NCBI GenBank assembly: GCA_026391125.1
Contig: JAPLEO010000110.1
Location: 7 to 64,006, forward strand
Source: Bacteroidota bacterium
GTDB taxonomy: Bacteria > Bacteroidota > Bacteroidia > Chitinophagales > Chitinophagaceae
Reading direction: 5' to 3'
Length of the DNA: 64,000 bases
The translations under genes and the position numbers were made by a program. Of this stretch, positions 47,638 through 55,407 are shown one piece after another (the stretch's first letter is position 1; each line of letters begins with the position of its first letter). Below the pieces are notes generated by a model. It was not told where the DNA came from. It searched no databases and saw only the letters and a program-made list of their open reading frames with translations.

Positions 47638-50604
47638 ATGAAAAAACAGACTCTATCAATTTCGGCGCAAATTAAAATTGGTTTTAGCTCAATACTTATT
47701 TTAGTTTTGGGATTACTTTTCTTTTTATTAAGCCAGAATATCACTTTAACAGAACAGACGAAAACAATCTATGGGCATCCCTTGCAGGTTAGGGCTTCTA
47801 TAGCCGAGATACAACAAAGCACATACAGGGAAATGGCAATTCTAAGAGACGCTACACATTTGTATCAACCTGAGGAATATCAATCAATTGTTCATTCCAT
47901 AAATGCCATATCAGATGATGCTGAAAAATCTTTTGAAAATATAAAATCCAACTATTTAGGTAACCCTGCAGATGTTACTAGTGCTCAAGATACATATGAA
48001 CAATGGAGTAATTTGTCCATTCAAATGTTCGATTTAATTACAAATGGTAAATCAAAGGATGCCATTTTAAAAATGAGCCAAAAAGGGGAAGAAGGGAAAA
48101 GCAGAGAATTAGTTTTTGAGAAGCTTGCAATTATTGATGATTTTGCAAAGAGAAAAGCAGATAGTATATATGAAGAAACATTAGTATTAGCTGATAAAAT
48201 GATTCGTGATTCAATACTATTAGCAATTTGTATGCTCACAATTGCCATATTGATTACCTATTATCTAATTAAACAAATATTAACGCCTATTAGAATAATG
48301 GCAAATACAACTGAGCGATTTAAGAATGGTGATTTATCTGCTAGAAATTCTTACAAACAAATGAACGAATTTGGACATTTAGCAGATTCCATCAATCTAT
48401 TTGCTGATAAAATTCAAGCTAGTTCTGAAATGAGCACGAAAGTAATTCAAATTTCAGAACAACTTTTGAGTAAATATGAGGCGAAAGAATTTTTCCATGA
48501 TACCCTAAATACTTTGCTAAGTTTTACGAATTCACAAATGACTGCTGTTTATTTAATAGACAATGAAAAGCAAAACTTCAACCATTTTGATTCTATAGGT
48601 GTGGATGACAACGCTAGAAAATCTTTTTCAGCTATTAACTCTGAGGGTGAATTTGGAGCAGCAATCTCCACAAAAGAGATTCAACATTTAAAAAATATCT
48701 CTGAAAATACAAGATTTCAGTTCTACTCATTTTGTGGAAAGATTATACCCAAAGAAATTATTACTATACCCATTTTGGCCAATAATGAAATAATAGCTAT
48801 CATTTCGCTAGCCAGCATAAATGGATATACCCAAAATGACCTGCAATTAATTAAAAGTATTTATCCAATACTTTGTACACGCATTGAGGGAATCATTGCA
48901 TATCATGCTATTCAAACTTTTTCAGAATCACTTGAATTGCAAAATCAGGAGCTTTCAGTTCAGAAAACAGAACTAGCTGCTCAGTCAAGCGATCTGAGAT
49001 CACAAAATACGATACTTGAAATACAGAAAAATCAATTGAATGAAGTAAGTCGTTTAAAAACAAACTTCTTATCGAATATGAGCCATGAATTACGGACTCC
49101 ACTAAACTCTATCATTGCACTAACAGGATTACTCAGCAGAAAGTTAATTCAAAAAGTTTCTGAGGAGGAATATAGTTATTTAGAAGTGATTGAACGTAAT
49201 GGCAAAAGTTTATTGTATCTAATTAACGATATCCTTGATATAGCCCGGATTGAATCAGGGAAAGAAGAAATTGACATCACGAAGTTTAATCTCAATATTT
49301 TGATTTCTGAGATAGTAACTATGATTCAACCTCAAATATTAACAAAAGCAATTTCGGTACATCAAAAAAATAAGGAAAATGTTTTATTTATTTCAAGCGA
49401 TTCAGATAAACTAAAGCATGTTTTACAAAATTTAATAGGCAACGCAATAAAATTTACTGAAAAAGGGACGATAGAAATTATCTCAGAGAAGGATGGTGAG
49501 AATATTATTATTAAAGTAATTGACACCGGAATTGGCATTCATCAGGATCAGCTTCCACACATATTTGACGAATTCCGACAAGCCGATGGAAGTACTTCAA
49601 GAAAATATGGTGGCACAGGACTTGGCCTTGCAATTGCCAAAAAATATATACAATTACTTGGGGGCAGTATTTCAGTCACAAGTATTCTTGGAACAGGATC
49701 TGAATTTAATATTTCTTTACCTGTAAACTATCAATCTTCCAAAAAAGAACTTGCAATTGAAGGATTTAATGAGTTAAAGTATCCTGTTTTACCTCCAGTT
49801 CCAAACCCTGAACATTCCATAAAAACTATTTTGCTGATAGATGATAGTGAAGCAGCATTATTACAAATGAAATACTTATTAGAAGAATCTGGTTTTCATA
49901 TTTTAGTTGCAGAAAATGGTCAGGCAGCTTTCGATATTTTGGAAAATAATATCCCGGATGTGATTGTATTAGATTTAATGATGCCTGGAATTGATGGATT
50001 TCATGTTTTAAAAAATTTAAGAGCGCAAGTGAAAACGGAAAATATTCCTGTGCTGATTCTAACTGCCAAACTTATATCAAAAGAGGAACTACTATTTTTT
50101 AATAGAAATAATGTCCATCAGTTAATACAAAAGGGAGATGTAAAAAGAAGTGAATTATTAGCGAAAATAAATTTGTTATTATATCCTGCACATACAATCA
50201 TCCCAAAGAATACGACTGACCAATCTACTGCTATAATCAAGCCATTAGTATTAGTGGTGGAAGACAATCCAGACAACCTGCTTACGATAAAGGCATTGCT
50301 TGATGGGAAGTATCAATTAATTGAGGCAACAGATGGAATTGAAGCACTAGAGATAATAAAAAAACAGCTTCCTAATTTGGTATTAATGGACATTGCTTTA
50401 CCTAGGCAAGATGGAATTCAAACCTTTTTGGCAATACAACAAGATGAGCTGTTAAAACATATTCCGGTGATTGCAATAACTGCAAGTGCTATGAATAGCG
50501 ATCGTGAATCAATATTAGCGCATGGTTTTCGTGGTTATATTTCTAAACCTATTGATCATATTCAATTTCACCAAATGATTAAGGAGGTATTATATGGATT
50601 ATAA
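47638..50604 (+). CDS. Hybrid sensor histidine kinase: TM / helical sensor / TM, HAMP, GAF, HisKA, HATPase_c, REC, REC
   Basis: H-box FLSNMSHELRTPLNS, N-box NLIGNAIKFT, G1 DTGIGI, G2 GGTGLGLAI. Two receiver domains (LLIDDSE...LDLMMPGIDG; LVVEDNPDN...MDIALPRQDG). Start at MKKQTLS (47638). Confidence 0.9.
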   Translation: MKKQTLSISAQIKIGFSSILILVLGLLFFLLSQNITLTEQTKTIYGHPLQVRASIAEIQQSTYREMAILRDATHLYQPEEYQSIVHSINAISDDAEKSFENIKSNYLGNPADVTSAQDTYEQWSNLSIQMFDLITNGKSKDAILKMSQKGEEGKSRELVFEKLAIIDDFAKRKADSIYEETLVLADKMIRDSILLAICMLTIAILITYYLIKQILTPIRIMANTTERFKNGDLSARNSYKQMNEFGHLADSINLFADKIQASSEMSTKVIQISEQLLSKYEAKEFFHDTLNTLLSFTNSQMTAVYLIDNEKQNFNHFDSIGVDDNARKSFSAINSEGEFGAAISTKEIQHLKNISENTRFQFYSFCGKIIPKEIITIPILANNEIIAIISLASINGYTQNDLQLIKSIYPILCTRIEGIIAYHAIQTFSESLELQNQELSVQKTELAAQSSDLRSQNTILEIQKNQLNEVSRLKTNFLSNMSHELRTPLNSIIALTGLLSRKLIQKVSEEEYSYLEVIERNGKSLLYLINDILDIARIESGKEEIDITKFNLNILISEIVTMIQPQILTKAISVHQKNKENVLFISSDSDKLKHVLQNLIGNAIKFTEKGTIEIISEKDGENIIIKVIDTGIGIHQDQLPHIFDEFRQADGSTSRKYGGTGLGLAIAKKYIQLLGGSISVTSILGTGSEFNISLPVNYQSSKKELAIEGFNELKYPVLPPVPNPEHSIKTILLIDDSEAALLQMKYLLEESGFHILVAENGQAAFDILENNIPDVIVLDLMMPGIDGFHVLKNLRAQVKTENIPVLILTAKLISKEELLFFNRNNVHQLIQKGDVKRSELLAKINLLLYPAHTIIPKNTTDQSTAIIKPLVLVVEDNPDNLLTIKALLDGKYQLIEATDGIEALEIIKKQLPNLVLMDIALPRQDGIQTFLAIQQDELLKHIPVIAITASAMNSDRESILAHGFRGYISKPIDHIQFHQMIKEVLYGL

Positions 50605-52477
50605 GAATATTAAAATTCTAGCCATTGATGATAATAGGGATAATCTATTTACAATCAAAGCACTGATTAAGGAGACTTTCCCAGAAGCATCTATTGAAAT
50701 GGCAACTGATGGAAATGAAGGATTAGCAATGGCCTATGAACAGGATCCAGATGTAATTCTATTGGATATTCTCATGCCAATTATTGATGGCTTTGAAGTT
50801 TGTAAGCAATTGAAAGAAAATGATTTATCAAAAGATATTCCAGTTATTTTCATCACAGCATTAAAAGGGGACCGTGACAGCAAGGTAAAGGCTTTAGAAG
50901 TTGGAGCCGAGGCATTTTTGGCAAAACCAATTGATGAAATCGAACTGATTGCTCAAATCAGGGCAATGGTAAAGATAAAAAAGAATAATATACAAAAGCG
51001 TACCGAAAAAATTGAACTCTCATTATTGGTTGATGAACAAACTGTTCAGTTGAAGGCTACAAATATGGCGATGCTGAATTTATTAGAAGACCTTAAAGCT
51101 GAAAATGAAGCAAGAAAGAAAAGTGAAGAAATACAACAATTACATTCATCAAGATTAGAATTTGCCATGTATACTGCAAATATGGCTTGGTGGGAAATGG
51201 ACATCTTAAATGGGTTAGTAAAATTTGATAATCGGAAAGCTGAAATGTTGGGATATACACCAGAAAAATTCAATCATTACACAGATTTTACGGCACTGTT
51301 ACATCCAGATGATTTTGAAAAATGTATGAATGCAATGCGTAATCACTTAAATGGTTCTGTTGAAAAATATGAAGTTGACTATAGAATTAAAATAAAGGAT
51401 GGTACTTATAAATGGCTTTTGGATATCGGAACTGTCAATAAAAGAGATGCTGCAGGAGTGCCACTTTATATTACTGGGTTAGTTATTGATATCAATGACA
51501 GTAAAAATGCGGAAGATAAAATAAGGCAAAAAGACATTGAATTTCAAAAGCTCTCAAAAAATATGCCCGACTTTATTTATCAATTCACGCGGCGTGTTGA
51601 TGGAACTTATCATGTCCCCATTGCTACTGCAGGAATTAAAAATGTATTTGGGTTAAATTTAGAGGATGTGATGAATGATTTTTCTCCTATAGCGGAAAGG
51701 ATTCATCCAGATGATATTGCAAATGTTTTTCATAAAATAGAAAATTCTGCCAATAATTTAACAGCATTTCTTTGCGAATACCGTGTTCAAATTCCTAACA
51801 AACCCATCAAATGGTTACTCTCTAAGTCAACTCCAGAAAAATTGCCAGATGGTTCTATTACATGGTACGGCTATGTTGCAGACATTACCGAATCAAAAAA
51901 AGTTGCATTGAAACTACTTCAACTTACACAAGCCATTGAACAAAGTCCGGTTTCCATTTTTATCACTGATCAAAAAGGTAATATCGAATACGTGAATCAA
52001 AAATTCACAAAAATAACTGGCTATGATTTAGAAGAAATCATTGGCAAAAACCCTAGGATCATCAAATCTGGAAATACTTCTCTCAAAATATATGAGCAAT
52101 TATGGGATTCAATATTGGATGGTAAAGAATGGAATGGTGTGCTTCAAAATAAAAAAAAGAATGGTGAATTTTTTTGGGAATCTATTAAAATCTCTTCTAT
52201 TAAAGATAAAAATGGAGTCATCACCAATTTCTTGGCTATTAAAGAAGATATTACAGAACGAAAAATTGTTGATGATAAATTAAAAAAAATTGCCTGGCAA
52301 CAAAGTCATGAAGTTAGAGGTCCGCTATCCTCTATCTTAGGAATTATTTCAGCTATGAACTTTAAAATAACCTTAGAAGAAAAACTGGAACTATTAGGAA
52401 AATTGGATGAAGTTTCAAAGAAGTTAGACAAAGCAATTCATGCAATAGTAAATGAAACTATTCCCAGCAATATTTAA
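50594..52477 (+). CDS. Response regulator: REC, three PAS domains, C-terminal H-box/DHp-like segment, no HATPase_c
   Basis: REC (LAIDDNRDN...LDILMPIIDG...FITALK). PAS/PAC repeats. The protein ends about 60 aa after WQQSHEVRGPLSSILG. The start overlaps the kinase stop by 11 nt. Confidence 0.85.
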   Translation: MDYKNIKILAIDDNRDNLFTIKALIKETFPEASIEMATDGNEGLAMAYEQDPDVILLDILMPIIDGFEVCKQLKENDLSKDIPVIFITALKGDRDSKVKALEVGAEAFLAKPIDEIELIAQIRAMVKIKKNNIQKRTEKIELSLLVDEQTVQLKATNMAMLNLLEDLKAENEARKKSEEIQQLHSSRLEFAMYTANMAWWEMDILNGLVKFDNRKAEMLGYTPEKFNHYTDFTALLHPDDFEKCMNAMRNHLNGSVEKYEVDYRIKIKDGTYKWLLDIGTVNKRDAAGVPLYITGLVIDINDSKNAEDKIRQKDIEFQKLSKNMPDFIYQFTRRVDGTYHVPIATAGIKNVFGLNLEDVMNDFSPIAERIHPDDIANVFHKIENSANNLTAFLCEYRVQIPNKPIKWLLSKSTPEKLPDGSITWYGYVADITESKKVALKLLQLTQAIEQSPVSIFITDQKGNIEYVNQKFTKITGYDLEEIIGKNPRIIKSGNTSLKIYEQLWDSILDGKEWNGVLQNKKKNGEFFWESIKISSIKDKNGVITNFLAIKEDITERKIVDDKLKKIAWQQSHEVRGPLSSILGIISAMNFKITLEEKLELLGKLDEVSKKLDKAIHAIVNETIPSNI

Positions 52478-52512
52478 TAAAACAGTATAGTGAATACTTG
52501 GAAAGTGATTAT

Positions 52513-53973
52513 TTAATGACTATGTCTTATTTTAAGTACGCCTCCTTGAGTTTCTTTTATGGTATGAACAAACATAAAAGCTTGTGGGTCTAATTCATAC
52601 ACGAGGTTTTTTAATTTCCTTAATTCAAGTCTAGTGATTACGGTGAAGATGATGTCACAATCTGAACTAACTTCAAATTTGCCTGGTAAAAAACCTCGTT
52701 CACCTTTATAAACAGTAATACCTCTTCCTAATGTATTTACCAATTGGTATTTGATCATTTCGCTTTTACCTGAAATAATAGTAATACCTGTATATGCCTG
52801 TATGCCCTCAACAACATAATCAATACTCCTTGTTGCAGCAAAATAGGTTAGAATACTGTAAAGAGAAGTAACTATTCCAAACTTAAAAGCAGCAATAGAA
52901 AAGATTACAATATTGATACCCAGAATAATTTCGGTGATAGTAAAAGAAGTTCTTTTCAATGTATAGATTGCAAGAACTTCAATGCCGTCCAAAGCTGCAC
53001 CCACTCTCATTACTAGCCCTACACCAATACCGAGGAATACGCCTCCAAAAATAGAAATGAGTAATTTATCAGAAGTTAAAGCAAACTCTGGTAATAGCCA
53101 TAAAGCAATACCCAGTAGGATAACACTAATTAAAGTTCTAATAGCAAACCTGCGGCCAACAGAAAAATAACTAATCACTACAAAGGGCATATTCATCAAC
53201 ACAATAACTATTGCTAAATTGAAATGATATAATTCATGTATTAGCAGAGAGATGCCGGTAACTCCACCATCAAAAAATTGATTGGGTACTAAAAATCCTT
53301 TTAATGCGACTCCCGCAATAATAACACCTAAAATCATTAATACAGCATCTTGGATCAGTTCTGTTAGATTGGGTTTGGAATGATTAAATTCTGTAACCAC
53401 CAATTTTGATTGCAGCTCCTGTAGATGTTGTTGTTTTTTGGTTTCCCTTTCATTTTGCGCAGTTTTTGTAAAAAAATGATGGGTAGTTAGGAACTCAACT
53501 TGTTTTAATACCCATTCTGTATCTGTTTTTAGTAACCCATTTTTTTGTGATTCTTTAAATAGCTTTTCTGAATACATAAAATATTCTTCACTCCCTAAAT
53601 AAAATAAATCAGCATCGCAAAGTATTTGACTTAAATGATCAATAGGAGACTGTGGCAACTTTGTAGCCATAATCATTCTACAAATGATTTCAATCTGCTC
53701 GGGAGAATAACCATATTCAGGCAAATATTTTTTGGCAATGGTGCAAGAAATTGTCTCATGTTCGGTGTGGTTTTGCAAAAATCCAGAATCATGAAATAAA
53801 GCAGCAGTCTTCAATAAAATGATATCATCACCTCCAATATTTTCAGCCAAAGCCAAATGGTCAGCAGCGGCAATTACATTTTTCGTGTGCTGAGCATTGT
53901 GATAGATAATATAGTTGGGTATACCAGTTTCTAATTTATGTATCAGAAAAGAATAAATTTGTTCAAACTGCAT
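52513..53973 (-). CDS. HD domain fused to a YitT-family membrane protein (with DUF2179-like C-terminus)
   Basis: N-terminal YHNAQHT...LFHDSGF HD motif. About five central TM helices. The C-terminal ITVYKGERGF... pattern is typical of YitT/DUF2179. Confidence 0.75.
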   Translation of the reverse strand: MQFEQIYSFLIHKLETGIPNYIIYHNAQHTKNVIAAADHLALAENIGGDDIILLKTAALFHDSGFLQNHTEHETISCTIAKKYLPEYGYSPEQIEIICRMIMATKLPQSPIDHLSQILCDADLFYLGSEEYFMYSEKLFKESQKNGLLKTDTEWVLKQVEFLTTHHFFTKTAQNERETKKQQHLQELQSKLVVTEFNHSKPNLTELIQDAVLMILGVIIAGVALKGFLVPNQFFDGGVTGISLLIHELYHFNLAIVIVLMNMPFVVISYFSVGRRFAIRTLISVILLGIALWLLPEFALTSDKLLISIFGGVFLGIGVGLVMRVGAALDGIEVLAIYTLKRTSFTITEIILGINIVIFSIAAFKFGIVTSLYSILTYFAATRSIDYVVEGIQAYTGITIISGKSEMIKYQLVNTLGRGITVYKGERGFLPGKFEVSSDCDIIFTVITRLELRKLKNLVYELDPQAFMFVHTIKETQGGVLKIRHSH

Positions 53974-53994
53974 CCTAAAAATTTAAAAGGTATT

Positions 53995-55026
53995 TTAATT
54001 TAATACTTCATACAGTATTACTTCTCCTGTTTTATTTTTTAAACTTACTGTGCCAATACTTTTACAATTAAAAGATTGGTTTACTTTTTTATAACAGGAT
54101 TCTGTAATTAAAATTTGGCTATAGGTAGCAGCAGTTTGTAATCGCTGCGCAGTATTAACAGTGTCTCCTATGACAGTATAGTCTAACCGGCGCAGGGTTG
54201 CTGATCCAATATTGCCTGAGATCATTTCACCACTATTAATACCAATTGAAACCTTGGGGTTAAAACCATATTCAACTGGGAGTACATCGATTTTGTTTTT
54301 GATTGCTAAACAGGCATCAATAGCACGGTCTAAATGATAAGGGCCTTTAAATACCGCCATAATACAATCGCCAATAAATTTATCTACGATCCCATTTTGA
54401 GCAATGATCTCTTTTACCATTAACTCAAAATATTTATTCAACAATTTCACTACAATATCGGGCGTTTCTTTTTCACTAATGGAAGTAAAGCCACAGATAT
54501 CAATAAAAGCAACTGTTGCTTCTAGTGTTTCGTTGTCGGTTAATGATTGTTCATATTCTTTTGAGTTCATGAAATTGAGCACATTAGAATCAACATACAT
54601 TTTGAGGATATTATTTTCTTTGATGGCAAGTAAGGTTTCTTTCAGCTGATTCACATAACTAATCGTTTTTTCAATGGTAAGTTCTAGGTCCTCAAAATTG
54701 ATGGGCTTGGTTACAAAATCAAAAGCACCTCTATTCATGGCAGTTCTGATATTATCCATATCTCCATAAGCAGATACCATTACTGTTTTAGACATTGGAG
54801 AAACCTCATTCAGCTTTCCAAGCAAAGTAAGTCCGTCCATTTCTGGCATATTGATATCAGATAGCACCACATCAATATCATTGTGCAATTGCATTTTTTC
54901 TAAAGCATCTTTCCCATTAATAGCAAACACAAAATCGTATTGTTGTTCTCTGATCTTTTGCCTAAACTTTTGCTTGATCAAAACTTCTAAATCTGTTTCG
55001 TCATCAGCTACCAGAATTTTGGTCAT
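53995..55026 (-). CDS. Response regulator fused to a class III adenylate/guanylate cyclase domain
   Basis: REC (ILVADDETD...LSDINMPEMDG...MVSAYG). Cyclase blocks VAFIDICGFTS, KFIGDCIMAVF, IGINSGEMISGNIGS and YTVIGDTVNTAQRLQ. Confidence 0.9.
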   Translation of the reverse strand: MTKILVADDETDLEVLIKQKFRQKIREQQYDFVFAINGKDALEKMQLHNDIDVVLSDINMPEMDGLTLLGKLNEVSPMSKTVMVSAYGDMDNIRTAMNRGAFDFVTKPINFEDLELTIEKTISYVNQLKETLLAIKENNILKMYVDSNVLNFMNSKEYEQSLTDNETLEATVAFIDICGFTSISEKETPDIVVKLLNKYFELMVKEIIAQNGIVDKFIGDCIMAVFKGPYHLDRAIDACLAIKNKIDVLPVEYGFNPKVSIGINSGEMISGNIGSATLRRLDYTVIGDTVNTAQRLQTAATYSQILITESCYKKVNQSFNCKSIGTVSLKNKTGEVILYEVLN

Positions 55027-55400
55027 AGGAGTCTTGTTTTTAATTTTTCTTTTAAAGAGTTGAAATCAACGGGCTTAGTCAAAAAATCATCCGCTCCAAG
55101 CTTCATCGCTTCCTGAAAATTTGCATCATCGCCATACGCTGTAATCATCATTACAACTGGGGGAGGAGTTGCATACTTTTCCTTGATCTGCTTAAGTAAT
55201 TCCAATCCGCTCATGCCTGGCATATTGATGTCTGATAGAATCAACACGGCTTCATGAAAATTTTTCTTCATATAGTCTAATGCTTCCTCGCCCGAAAAGG
55301 CAAATACAAAATTGATTTCACCTTCCTTGATCTCTTTTCTAAATCTCTGTTGGAAAAGAAATTGCACATCTTTTTCATCATCTACTACAAGTATTTTCAT
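55023..55400 (-). CDS. Single-domain response regulator (CheY-like)
   Basis: ILVVDDEKD...LSDINMPGMSG...MITAYG...DFLTKP. Its stop overlaps the cyclase start (ATGA). Confidence 0.9.
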   Translation of the reverse strand: MKILVVDDEKDVQFLFQQRFRKEIKEGEINFVFAFSGEEALDYMKKNFHEAVLILSDINMPGMSGLELLKQIKEKYATPPPVVMMITAYGDDANFQEAMKLGADDFLTKPVDFNSLKEKLKTRLL

Positions 55401-55407
55401 TGTGGGG

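Noticed and set aside
53995-55026. Pycsar-like antiphage cyclase-effector pair (cyclase plus downstream membrane protein)
   Set aside because: The cyclase is REC-fused and embedded in a two-component operon. The downstream HD-YitT protein shows no recognisable cyclic-nucleotide-binding domain.
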